A stretch of 32,000 bases of DNA from Pseudoalteromonas translucida KMM 520 (GTDB lineage: Bacteria; Pseudomonadota; Gammaproteobacteria; Enterobacterales; Alteromonadaceae). A program made the position numbers and the translations under genes. Position 1 is the stretch's first letter; the number at the start of each line of letters is the position of its first letter. This document shows, piece by piece, positions 1-8,575 of this stretch. The stretch spans positions 510,001-542,000 of the forward strand of contig NZ_CP011034.1 of assembly GCF_001465295.1 (NCBI RefSeq), given 5' to 3'. The notes under the pieces are model-generated. The model was not told the DNA's origin. It saw only the letters and a list, made by a program, of their open reading frames with translations, and ran no database searches.

Positions 1-1228
1 CATCGCTGAGCGAGTAAAAGTAAGCGCGAGTTGCGGGAATTAAACCAATAATAAATCCTGCAATCATAATAACGCCTATAAGTGTGAGTTCATAGTAAGA
101 GAGCATGGCAATATTAATGCTAATACCCGCGTGACTTTGTAAGTAACCTGCGCCAAAAAACATCAGCGCATAAAATAATACACATCCGACTATGCAGCCG
201 AGTAAGGTGGTAAGCAGTGACTCTATGCTAATGAGAGTGAATAACTGCCATGGCCGAGCGCCTACTGAGCGTAATATGGCAAGCTCTCTGCGGCGCTGAT
301 TAAGGTTAGCTAGGAGCGTGGTTAACATGCCAAGCAAGCTAATAATGACTACCACAACAGAAAATAACAGCAGTATTTTTTCAACAATGGCGAGCATTTC
401 CCATAACTCTTTTAGTGTTACTGTAGGCATAATACCCAGTAGTGCTTCTTTTTTATATTGGTTTATATTGCGCCTAATTTGCAGCGTGTAAAGTGGTGAG
501 TTAAAGCCCATTAAAAACGCAGTAATTTGTTTTGGGTGGCCAACTAAGTTGCTATGTTCATCGTGCTCATGTTCGTCATGCTCAGCACTATGGCCACCAT
601 GAATTAAATCGATAGCAGCCAGCGGTATATGCAGCGTTTTATCTACTGGGGTGCCGGTGGCATTTAAAATACCGACCACTTTAAACGGGTTGTCATCATG
701 ATGATGAAAGCTGGTGCTGCCCATACCATGAGATATAACAATGCTGTCGCCCAGTTTATAGTTTAATTTACTCGCCACCTCACTCCCCAGCACGACTTGG
801 TTAATCGTGCTAAATGCGTGGCCTTGCTTAAAGCTCAGTGGCTGCTTTTTGCCAAACCGATAATAATTAAAGTAATCAAGGGTGGTACCTAATACTGCTT
901 GGCCTTTGTGGCTGTCGCCAAGGCTTATTGGAATGCTCCACTTTACGCCGCGTTGCCCGGTTATGTATTCATAGCTTTGCCAACTCACACCGTTGTTAGT
1001 GTGGCCAATTCGAAATACGGACGAGAGCAGTAATTGAATATCCCCAGTGCGCGCACCGACAATTAAATCGGTGCCCGAAATGGTATTACTAAAACTACTT
1101 TTTGCGTCTATGCGTACCCGTTCAATGCTTAGCAGTAACATAACGCTAATAGCGATAGTAAACAGAGTTAACAGCACGCTGCTACGACGGTTTAAAAGGC
1201 TCTTATAGGCGAGTTTAATTAAGATCAT
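1..1228 (-). CDS. ABC transporter permease, FtsX/MacB type (C-terminus beyond window edge)
   Basis: Open minus-strand frame from ATG (revcomp of 1226-1228) to the window edge. It is absent from the ORF track because no stop lies in the window. My translation starts MILIKLAYKSLLNRRSSVLLTLFTIAISVMLLL (TM1), continues through a large extracytoplasmic region, then shows an FtsX-like segment RRRELAILRSVGARPWQLF and further TM helices. The start overlaps the ATPase stop in ATGA. Confidence 0.85.
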   Translation of the reverse strand, partial: MILIKLAYKSLLNRRSSVLLTLFTIAISVMLLLSIERVRIDAKSSFSNTISGTDLIVGARTGDIQLLLSSVFRIGHTNNGVSWQSYEYITGQRGVKWSIPISLGDSHKGQAVLGTTLDYFNYYRFGKKQPLSFKQGHAFSTINQVVLGSEVASKLNYKLGDSIVISHGMGSTSFHHHDDNPFKVVGILNATGTPVDKTLHIPLAAIDLIHGGHSAEHDEHEHDEHSNLVGHPKQITAFLMGFNSPLYTLQIRRNINQYKKEALLGIMPTVTLKELWEMLAIVEKILLLFSVVVVIISLLGMLTTLLANLNQRRRELAILRSVGARPWQLFTLISIESLLTTLLGCIVGCVLFYALMFFGAGYLQSHAGISINIAMLSYYELTLIGVIMIAGFIIGLIPATRAYFYSLSD

Positions 1229-1911
1229 GATGCTGCCTGCAAGTTAACTAAATCGATGCTGCGATTAAAAAGTGGTTGCAAGCTTTCGTCGTGGCTAACA
1301 AAGACTAAGGTACTGTTCGCGTGCTTAGCTTGCTCAAACAGCAGTTTTATAAAGCTTTGGCGGTTGTTGGTGTCGAGCGCCGATGTGGGCTCGTCGGCAA
1401 TAATTAGCTCTGGGCTGCCAATAAATGCACGCGCAGCAGCCACACGTTGTTGCTGGCCAATACTTAATTTACCCACATCTTGATGATGTAAATGCTGCTC
1501 TAACCCTAAGGCATTAAGCAACCTTGCGGCCTCTGCGGTTAAGCAGTGTGATTGCTGCAGCGCTCGTTGTTGGCGCTGCTTTGAAAACTGACAACCCAAG
1601 CTTACGTTTTCCAGCGGCGTTAAATAGGGGAGTAAATTAAAATTTTGAAAAATATAACCAATATGATCCGCTCTAAACACATCGCGCTGAGTATTACTTA
1701 AGGTGTTTAAGTTTTTATTTAAAATACATACCTCACCGCTGGTAGCGGTATTAATACCCGCTAATAACGCCAGTAAAGTAGATTTACCACAGCCACTTGG
1801 TCCATGTAAAAATACATGCTCGCCTTGCTTAATGTTCAGCTGGTTAATATTAAGTGTGGGGCTAACTGCATTTTTATGCCATTTAAATAACAGCTTAGAA
1901 AGTGTGATCAT
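1225..1911 (-). CDS. ABC transporter ATP-binding protein (MacB/LolD-like)
   Basis: Walker A GPSGCGKST, ABC signature LSIGQQQRV and Walker B LIIADEPTSALD. Translationally coupled to the downstream permease. Confidence 0.9.
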   Translation of the reverse strand: MITLSKLLFKWHKNAVSPTLNINQLNIKQGEHVFLHGPSGCGKSTLLALLAGINTATSGEVCILNKNLNTLSNTQRDVFRADHIGYIFQNFNLLPYLTPLENVSLGCQFSKQRQQRALQQSHCLTAEAARLLNALGLEQHLHHQDVGKLSIGQQQRVAAARAFIGSPELIIADEPTSALDTNNRQSFIKLLFEQAKHANSTLVFVSHDESLQPLFNRSIDLVNLQAAS

Positions 1912-2114
1912 AACAACTTAATAGTTAAATACTTATAGTTGTGATGTTAAGCGATAATAAAAGGGAAAGGAAGGAAGGGCGCGTTCAGTGGTTATATTTC
2001 AGCGGCCAGCTTAATATTAGCCAAGCAATGATCTAATCAAACCCTTTACGCATGGCTTAAAATATAAGCATTCATATAATGGGTATGAAAGAGAGTAAAT
2101 GAAAAGCAATACAG

Positions 2115-2227
2115 TGATATTATTGACATCCTCCCCCACCTCGCTTCGCGTCCGACAAGTCGGGAAAGGAGGGGGATTCCTGTTTCATAGCGTATCGCTT
2201 TAAATTCAAAAGAATCTAAAGTCTTAC
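2115..2227 (-). ncRNA. putative omega-RNA (reRNA) 3' scaffold / IS right end
   Basis: Unusually GC-rich structured segment just after the tnpB stop. An outer stem pairs TCCCCC (2132-2137) with GGGGGA (2171-2176), plus 2 more bp, and encloses the inner hairpin 2152-2163. Position and strand match known TnpB guide-RNA loci. The 5' end probably lies inside tnpB. Confidence 0.35.
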
Positions 2228-3257
2228 TTACGCTCCACAGGCTAACACTGTCTGCCCGACAGCTTTAATATTCAGTGCCGCATTTATGTCGCGGTCTCGC
2301 TCGCTAGAGCATTGAGGACACGACCATTTGCGGATATGTAACGGCAAGGAATCGACAACGTGACCGCAGCAATTACAGCGTTTAGAGCTTGGATACCACT
2401 TATCAATCTTAACTACAGTTCGACCGTACCACTCAGCTTTGTAGGTAAGTTGGCGCACGAACTCGCCCCAGTTGGCATCGCTAATTGCTTTAGCAAGTTT
2501 TCGATTCTTGACCATGTTTTTTACGCTCAGACTTTCACAGCTAATCACTTGATTATCGTTTATCAATTGGGAAGTCAGTTTGTGGGTGAAGTCGTGACGA
2601 CAATCAGCAATCTTTGCTTGAACGCGAGCGACTTTCTTTCTGGCTTTGTGGAAGTTAGAAGAACCTTTCTTCTTCTTCGATAGCACACGTTGAGTCTTAG
2701 CTAGTTTACTAGCGTAACGCTTGGTGTGACGGGGATTTCCAGACTTGAAACCGTTGGAGGCAATAACAAGGTCAGTCAAACCTAAATCAATACCGACTGT
2801 ATTTTTACTAATCGATAGTGGTTTTGGCTCGAAGCGACACAGACAAGATACAAAGTAGCGACCCGCACTGTCTTTGCTAATTGTAATGGTGGTTGGTTCG
2901 CTAGGCAGCTCTCGCGACCAACGAACATTTATAGGTTGCTTAGATTTAGCCATGAACAACTGACCATCAGTATATCTGAATGCTGCTTTGGTTAGTTGTG
3001 CGCTTTGTTTCGAGCGCTTCTTTTTGAAAGTTGGGTATTTAGCTCGACCCTCAAAGAAGTTCTTAAAAGCAGTTTGTTGGTTTCTGATTGCTTGCTGCTT
3101 TGCTGTAGTTAATCTTGATTTGCTCATTGTAGTAAGCATCAGTACGCCAACGAAGAATAGAGTTGTAAACAAAACGCGTACAGCCAAACGTCTGTTCAAG
3201 TAAGGTTACTTGCTCAGGTGTTGGGTAGAACCGTTGTTTAACCGCTATCTCTTTCAT
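2228..3257 (-). pseudogene. tnpB: tnpB (RNA-guided nuclease, IS605 OrfB family), frameshifted with an internal N-terminal deletion
   Basis: The N-terminal 64-aa ORF (3063-3257, MKEIAVKQRFYPTPEQVTLLEQTFGCTRFVYN) is in a different frame from the 2228-3199 ORF. The latter carries RuvC D (GIDLGL), E (SCESLSVKNM), a CxxC..CxxC zinc finger and DRDINAALNI. About 20-25 residues normally found between the two parts are missing. Confidence 0.75.
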
Positions 3258-3544
3258 GCCTTACAAGATACTCAGTGTTTTTGTAAGATTCAAGCTCTAT
3301 TGTTAGTGCGTTGCGCTAAAACCTTACATCCCCGACCTAAAGGACGGAGTTTTTCGGCTCAAATGATAAATAAACAGTTATGCGGTAGTCTTTAATAATC
3401 CTAAAACCTAAATAGTAAATCACTAGCTAAAATCGGCTCTTTAGCCAAAGCGATTGAGCTTTTTATGACTCTAGATTATTATATGTGGCTTATAACCCCA
3501 ATCCCATACTTTGCTCTTTGAGCATGCCTAACCCCGGAGATAGC

Positions 3545-4648
3545 ATGACTAGCTATAAAGTTTTAGACGTAAACGATGATTTACCTATTCGTACCAAAGG
3601 TGAAGTACACAGTGGTAAAGTACGCTCGGTTTATTGGCTAACCGACGCAGACAGCAAACGTTTAATTAGCGAAAAGGGCTATAAAGTACCAGCCGATACT
3701 GAGCTGGCAATTATGGTTATTTCCGACAGAATTTCAGCTTTTGATTGTATTTGGCAAGGCGAAAACGGTTTAAATGGCGTGCCAGGTAAAGGTATAGCAT
3801 TAAACTCGGTGGCTGCGCATTGGTTTAAGTTATTTGATGAAGCAGGACTTGCGGGTAATCACATTGTTGATATTCCGCATCCGTATGTTTGGATTGTACG
3901 TAAAGCCAGTACGGTAAAAGTAGAAGCCATTGCCCGCCAATATATTACTGGCAGCATGTGGCGCGACTACGCTAAAGGCATACGAGACTTTTGTGGTATT
4001 AATTTACCAGAAGGTTTAACAGCTAATCAAAAGCTCGATAAAGTATTAATTACTCCCTCTACCAAAGGCATTATTACTGGCGTGGCAGATATTCCCCCAG
4101 TTGATGATGTAAATATAACGCGTAGCAATATTACTAATAACCTAAGCGTATTTAACTTTAGAACGGCTGATGATGTAGCCCAATACGAAAAGTTATTAGT
4201 GGAAGGTTTTGAGCTAATAAGTGGCGAGCTGGCTAAGCTTGGGCAAATATTTGTAGATACTAAATTTGAATTTGGCTATGTAGAAGATATAAATGGCGCA
4301 GAGCAGCTTATTTATATTGATGAAGTAGGCACGCCTGATTCATCACGTATTTGGGATGAGGCATCTTACCGCGACGGTAAAATTGTTGAAAATTCAAAAG
4401 AAGGTTTTCGTCAGCTGTTAATTAATAACGTGCCAGAGAGCGACGTACTACTTAATAAAGACCGCATGGATGAGCGTGAGCAGCTAGCTAAACATTATAT
4501 TTTACCTGAGTCAGTAATGCTTGAGGTGTCAAATACCTACGTGGGCATTGCCAGTAAAATTGTAGGCAAAGAAATTGTTATTCCTGCTGATCCGCGCCAA
4601 GAAGTAATTGCAATTTTAGATGCCGATTACGGGTTGATTGTAAGGTAA
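3545..4648 (+). CDS. purC: phosphoribosylaminoimidazole-succinocarboxamide synthase (long-form SAICAR synthetase)
   Basis: SAICAR-synthetase-like sequence ([25 protein letters not shown]). ATG at 3545 is preceded by GGAGA with 6-nt spacing. The GTG at 3485 in the track seems unlikely. Confidence 0.9.
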   Translation: MTSYKVLDVNDDLPIRTKGEVHSGKVRSVYWLTDADSKRLISEKGYKVPADTELAIMVISDRISAFDCIWQGENGLNGVPGKGIALNSVAAHWFKLFDEAGLAGNHIVDIPHPYVWIVRKASTVKVEAIARQYITGSMWRDYAKGIRDFCGINLPEGLTANQKLDKVLITPSTKGIITGVADIPPVDDVNITRSNITNNLSVFNFRTADDVAQYEKLLVEGFELISGELAKLGQIFVDTKFEFGYVEDINGAEQLIYIDEVGTPDSSRIWDEASYRDGKIVENSKEGFRQLLINNVPESDVLLNKDRMDEREQLAKHYILPESVMLEVSNTYVGIASKIVGKEIVIPADPRQEVIAILDADYGLIVR

Positions 4649-4763
4649 TACGATTAAAGCAAGATATAAGCAATGCTAAAGTGTTTATTTTTAGTGACTG
4701 AACTATATTTCTTGCAATTGGTGCTCGTCTCTAATTAACTGAACTTAAAATTAATATTTGAGT

Positions 4764-5447
4764 ATGGTTATGTTTGAACGAGCATTGCAAGTTTTTGCAA
4801 AAAAACGTTATTTATTCGCTTTAAGTGTGCTTTTTAGCCACGCTGCTGTTAGCGCAAATATTGATTTAGTAATAAAAGATCAACACGGTGTGGTATTACC
4901 TAATGCCGTTGTTGAAATAGGCCAAGCAAACACTGCTTTTAAGTCTGTAAATTCAAGTATTAAAAAGCTCCCCGTGGCGGTAATGGATCAGGTAAATAAG
5001 CAGTTTTTACCTGAGCTACTTATTGTGCAGCAAGGGCAATTAGTTAACTTTCCTAATAGCGATAATATTCGCCATAACGTGTATTCGTTTTCAAGCGCTA
5101 AATCTTTTCAATTAAAGCTCTACTCAGGGCAACCCAAAGAGCCAATTGTTTTTGACACCCAAGGTGTTGTGGTACTAGGCTGTAATATTCATGATTCTAT
5201 GGTGGGTTATATTTATGTGGCTAAGAGCGAGCAAGTTTATAAAACCGATAAAAACGGAGTTGTAAGTTTGCCTATTACTACGCAGCCGTTGCAAATAAGT
5301 GTGTGGCATGCGTTGCAAACCGCGCCTTTAGAAAATAAAAAAATGATGAATATAGAGCCTCAAGCTATTTTACCTATAACTATAAATACTTCCTCGCCAG
5401 CACCACGTAACACCTTTGGCAGTCAGTTTAAGGGCGGTAATGACTAA
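4764..5447 (+). CDS. secreted cupredoxin-like protein with amicyanin-type type-1 copper site (family often labelled methylamine utilization protein)
   Basis: Signal peptide ends SHAAVSA/NIDL. A His ligand motif RHNVYSF is followed 36 residues later by GCNIHDSMVGYIYV (C-x2-H-x2-M), compared with amicyanin PHNVHF and CTPHPFM. The start is ambiguous among 4758 TTG, 4764 ATG and 4770 ATG. Confidence 0.7.
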   Translation: MVMFERALQVFAKKRYLFALSVLFSHAAVSANIDLVIKDQHGVVLPNAVVEIGQANTAFKSVNSSIKKLPVAVMDQVNKQFLPELLIVQQGQLVNFPNSDNIRHNVYSFSSAKSFQLKLYSGQPKEPIVFDTQGVVVLGCNIHDSMVGYIYVAKSEQVYKTDKNGVVSLPITTQPLQISVWHALQTAPLENKKMMNIEPQAILPITINTSSPAPRNTFGSQFKGGND

Positions 5448-7755
5448 CAATTTGCGAAACCGTATAACCATTTTATGTGTAGGCTTGGTGTTATTAACCA
5501 CTGTGGTTAGTTTGCTGAGTTTTTGGTGGTCTACAAGTAAGTTTCAAGAAGAAAAAGTCAATCAAGACATAAGCGTGGCACAAAATGTTTATAAACAATA
5601 TTTAAACTCAAAAGAAAACCTACTATTAACTGCCGCTAAAGTACTCACCTCCGATTTTGGCTTTAAACAAGCGGTTGCCACGCGTGACGCTGCTACTATA
5701 AGCAGTGTTTTATACAATCATAGCCAACGTATAGACGCCGATTTAATGCTGCTGCTAGATTTGTCGGGGCAGTTAATATCGACCAATAATGATGAAGACA
5801 ACTTTACCGATAATCTGCAGCCTTTAATGAATGAGTTATTAACTGTCTCGGAGCGATCTAGTTTTGTGGTATTAAATGGCCAGCTGTATCAGGTTATTTT
5901 ACTGCCTGTTAAAACCCCGCGCACCATAGCTTACAGTTTAGTGGGTTTTAAAATAACCAGTAATGTAGCCTCAGAGCTTAAAAGCCTAACCAGTATGGAA
6001 GTAAGCTTTATAGCGAGCGTAGATAGCTTAGTAAAAACCTCACTGGTAGCTCCTCCAGCAAATTTTCAACCAGTTAATTATTTTAATAGCAAAACGACGT
6101 CGCGCTTTTTTGGTGATTATTTAGTGTATAAAAATCGCGAAATTGAGCTATCTGCACTGCAAGCTCACCCGGTAATAATTTTACTCAGCGCCGATTTAAC
6201 CCAAGGCTATCGCGATTTTGAACAGCTATTTTTTACGCTTATTATTCTTGCCATACTCACTTTAATTGTTGGAATAGTGACTAGTAGTTTATTAGCAAAT
6301 AACTTAACTACGCCATTGTCGCAATTGGCCGTGGTGGCTAAGCAATTTGCAAAGGGTAATTATAATTTTGAATTTAAAGGCCGTAAACAAAGTAGTGAAA
6401 TAGCTACGCTAATGGATGCTTTTCATAATATGGGTAGTGATATAAATAAGCGTGAACAGCAAATTAGCTACCAGGCTCGCCATGATGCACTAACCGGGTT
6501 TTATAACCGCTCGGCCATGCTAGAAATGCTAGCTAAGCAGTTAAATAAAAGCACCACACACACGCTAGTTGCTATCGATATTAAAGGCTTGCGACATATA
6601 AACGATAAGTTGGGGCCACGCATTGGTGATAAGTGCTTAAAGGCGGTGGCACATCGTATTCGTGAATTTTCGGATGAGTTAGACGGGTTTCATGCGCGTA
6701 TTGGTGGCGATGAATTTTTAACTGTGTTTCCGGCAGCGGCCGTGGGCGAATTTAAACGCGGCATTATTGCTTTAATGGCGCAGCTCCAAGCGGGTTACAC
6801 CATTCAAAACTTAAAAATAAATTTACGCTTTAGTGTGGGGGTGGTGCAATATCCGCTACACGGTGAACAAGCTGAGGATCTAATTCGCCGAGTACTTATA
6901 GCAGTAGAAAGCGCAACCAGCCATGATCAAAATATTCATTACTATCAACAAGGCGAAGACGAAGCGCATTTAGAGCGCTTAGTTATGCTTGACGAGCTTA
7001 AGCAAGCTATAAGCGATGATGACGGCCAGTTATTTATGACCTATCAGCCAAAGCTAAATATGAAAATACAAAAGGTCGATAAGGTTGAGTCCTTAATTCG
7101 CTGGCAACGTAAAGATGGCAGTTGGGTGTCGCCTGAGGTGTTTATTGATTTAGCAGAGCAGTCGGGATTAATTGTAGAGCTCACTGCCTGGGTGGTTAAT
7201 ACTGTAATTGCACAAGTTGCCGCTTGGCAGCAAAAAGGCATACATTTACAAGCGGCTATTAATGTATCGGCGCAAGATATTGCGTTTGCAGGGTTTCATT
7301 CGTCATTAGTACGTACTTTAAAAAAGCATAAGGTTAACCCTGCGTTGATCACCATTGAGCTCACCGAGCGCGATATGATCGAAAATGAAGAAAAAGGCAT
7401 AATTGCCCTCGAGAACTTAAAAGCCATTGGGGTAAAAATATCGCTTGATGATTATGGCGTAGGGCAAACATCGTTAGGGCGTTTAAAAATGCTGCCAATT
7501 GATGAGCTTAAATTAGATAAGTGCTTTATTTTAAAACTAGATGAGTCGCAAAAAGATCAATTTATTGTGCAGTCGAGTATTACTTTAGGGCATCAATTAG
7601 GGTTTTCGGTAGTTGCCGAAGGAGTAGAAACTGTAGGTACTTTAGCGCTACTTAAGCAAATGCAGTGCGATCACGCCCAAGGTTATTATTTAAGTCGGCC
7701 ATTAAAAGCTGAGCTATTAGAGCAGTGGTTAGAGGAATACGATGGCGTACATTAA
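5440..7755 (+). CDS. membrane-bound periplasmic-sensor GGDEF-EAL protein (c-di-GMP synthase/phosphodiesterase)
   Basis: Order of elements: TM1 (ITILCVGLVLLTTVVSLLSFWW), a periplasmic region of about 240 aa, TM2 (LFFTLIILAILTLIVGIVTSSLL), a HAMP-like linker, an intact GGDEF motif (RIGGDEFLTV) and the EAL domain. EAL signatures seen are ESLIRW, NVSAQD, ELTERD, DDYGVG, KLDK, AEGVET and QGYYLSRP. The ATG at 5440 overlaps the upstream stop. Confidence 0.9.
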   Translation: MTNNLRNRITILCVGLVLLTTVVSLLSFWWSTSKFQEEKVNQDISVAQNVYKQYLNSKENLLLTAAKVLTSDFGFKQAVATRDAATISSVLYNHSQRIDADLMLLLDLSGQLISTNNDEDNFTDNLQPLMNELLTVSERSSFVVLNGQLYQVILLPVKTPRTIAYSLVGFKITSNVASELKSLTSMEVSFIASVDSLVKTSLVAPPANFQPVNYFNSKTTSRFFGDYLVYKNREIELSALQAHPVIILLSADLTQGYRDFEQLFFTLIILAILTLIVGIVTSSLLANNLTTPLSQLAVVAKQFAKGNYNFEFKGRKQSSEIATLMDAFHNMGSDINKREQQISYQARHDALTGFYNRSAMLEMLAKQLNKSTTHTLVAIDIKGLRHINDKLGPRIGDKCLKAVAHRIREFSDELDGFHARIGGDEFLTVFPAAAVGEFKRGIIALMAQLQAGYTIQNLKINLRFSVGVVQYPLHGEQAEDLIRRVLIAVESATSHDQNIHYYQQGEDEAHLERLVMLDELKQAISDDDGQLFMTYQPKLNMKIQKVDKVESLIRWQRKDGSWVSPEVFIDLAEQSGLIVELTAWVVNTVIAQVAAWQQKGIHLQAAINVSAQDIAFAGFHSSLVRTLKKHKVNPALITIELTERDMIENEEKGIIALENLKAIGVKISLDDYGVGQTSLGRLKMLPIDELKLDKCFILKLDESQKDQFIVQSSITLGHQLGFSVVAEGVETVGTLALLKQMQCDHAQGYYLSRPLKAELLEQWLEEYDGVH

Positions 7756-8575
7756 GTGTTTTATGGCGGGGGTATTACTCACTGCCAGCTTTATTACAGC
7801 TGCGAGTAGCGGTAAATTATTAGCTACTCCAGGGGTGTCTCAAGTTGAGGGGGCTGGTGGCGGTGGCCTTGTTCCGTGGGCGCAACTTGCTGGGTATGCT
7901 AGTGAAGATGAGGTTTCGATTAATGGTTTTTGTAGCCGTGCAGATGTAACCGACTATACGTTAGATGTATGTGGCGCACAGCTTAATTTGTTTAATCGCG
8001 TTGAGCTTAGCTATGCGCAGCAAGAGTTTGATGTACCCGCGCTGAGTACGCAAATAGAGCAGTCGATAACTGGTGCTAAAGTTCGTTTATATGGCGACAT
8101 TGTTTACAGTAGTTGGCCGCAAGTAAGTTTAGGTATACAACATAAGTCGTTAGACGATGGCACGGTTGCAAAGCTAGTGGGTGCACAGAGCACCAGCGGC
8201 ACCGACTTTTACTTAGCGGCAAGCAAGTTACACTTAGGTGCTATTGCAGGATACAACTGGTTTTGGAACGTGACCACCCGTTACAGCAAAGCCAACCAAC
8301 TAGGGCTACTGGGTTATGGCGGTAATAATACCAGCAATAAATTGTTATTTGAGGCAAGCACAGCGATATTTTTAAGCCGTGAAGTAGCGTTAGGTGTTGA
8401 GTATCGTCAAAAAACAAATAACCTTGGATTAGGCGAGCAAGATTGGAAAGATGTGTTTGTAGCTTGGATGCCAAATAAACATATGAGCGTAACCGCCGCC
8501 TACTTAGATTTAGGCAGTATAGCTGGAGCAAGCGATCAAACCGGTTGGTATTTATCGGTGACAGGATATTGGTAA
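7742..8575 (+). CDS. outer-membrane beta-barrel protein, DUF3034-like
   Basis: N-terminal signal peptide, alternating amphipathic strands, and a C-terminal aromatic beta-signal YLSVTGYW. The ORF overlaps the upstream gene by 14 nt. Confidence 0.7.
   Translation: MAYIKCFMAGVLLTASFITAASSGKLLATPGVSQVEGAGGGGLVPWAQLAGYASEDEVSINGFCSRADVTDYTLDVCGAQLNLFNRVELSYAQQEFDVPALSTQIEQSITGAKVRLYGDIVYSSWPQVSLGIQHKSLDDGTVAKLVGAQSTSGTDFYLAASKLHLGAIAGYNWFWNVTTRYSKANQLGLLGYGGNNTSNKLLFEASTAIFLSREVALGVEYRQKTNNLGLGEQDWKDVFVAWMPNKHMSVTAAYLDLGSIAGASDQTGWYLSVTGYW

Larger units (their letters stand above)
2115..3365 (-). mobile_element. IS200/IS605-family element carrying only a degraded tnpB (IS1341-like); boundaries approximate
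   Basis: tnpB remnant flanked by related imperfect hairpins. On the minus strand these are LE CCGTCCTTTAGGTCGG (3347-3332) and RE CCGACTTGTCGG (2163-2152). The LE side is placed 18 nt upstream of its hairpin, directly after TTTAT. The RE side is tentative and lies somewhere in 2115-2141. Confidence 0.5.

Noticed and set aside
1912-1962. Zur/Fur operator upstream of the ABC ATPase (inverted repeat ACAACT-N18-AGTTGT; GATGTTAAGCGATAATAAAA)
   Set aside because: It has only half-site-level similarity to Zur (GAAATGTTATAWTATAACATTTC) or Fur boxes, and the inner sequence is not palindromic. It needs a matrix scan before any claim.
3063-3199. Programmed ribosomal frameshift joining the two tnpB ORFs
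   Set aside because: There is no slippery heptamer or downstream structure at the overlap. A block of conserved residues is also missing, so simple decay explains it better.
3443-3460. PurR-box-like imperfect palindrome AGCCAAAGCGATTGAGCT upstream of purC
   Set aside because: Only 12 of 18 positions are self-complementary, and the core is one base longer than the AAACGTTT core of the PurR consensus.
3485-3544. GTG 3485 as the purC start (387 aa)
   Set aside because: The N-terminal extension has no homologous counterpart in my recollection of PurC, while ATG 3545 has a GGAGA Shine-Dalgarno at ideal spacing.
5304-5317. Sigma-54-like TGGCAT..TTGCA
   Set aside because: The GG-to-GC spacing is two nucleotides too short, and the site is inside the cupredoxin coding sequence.
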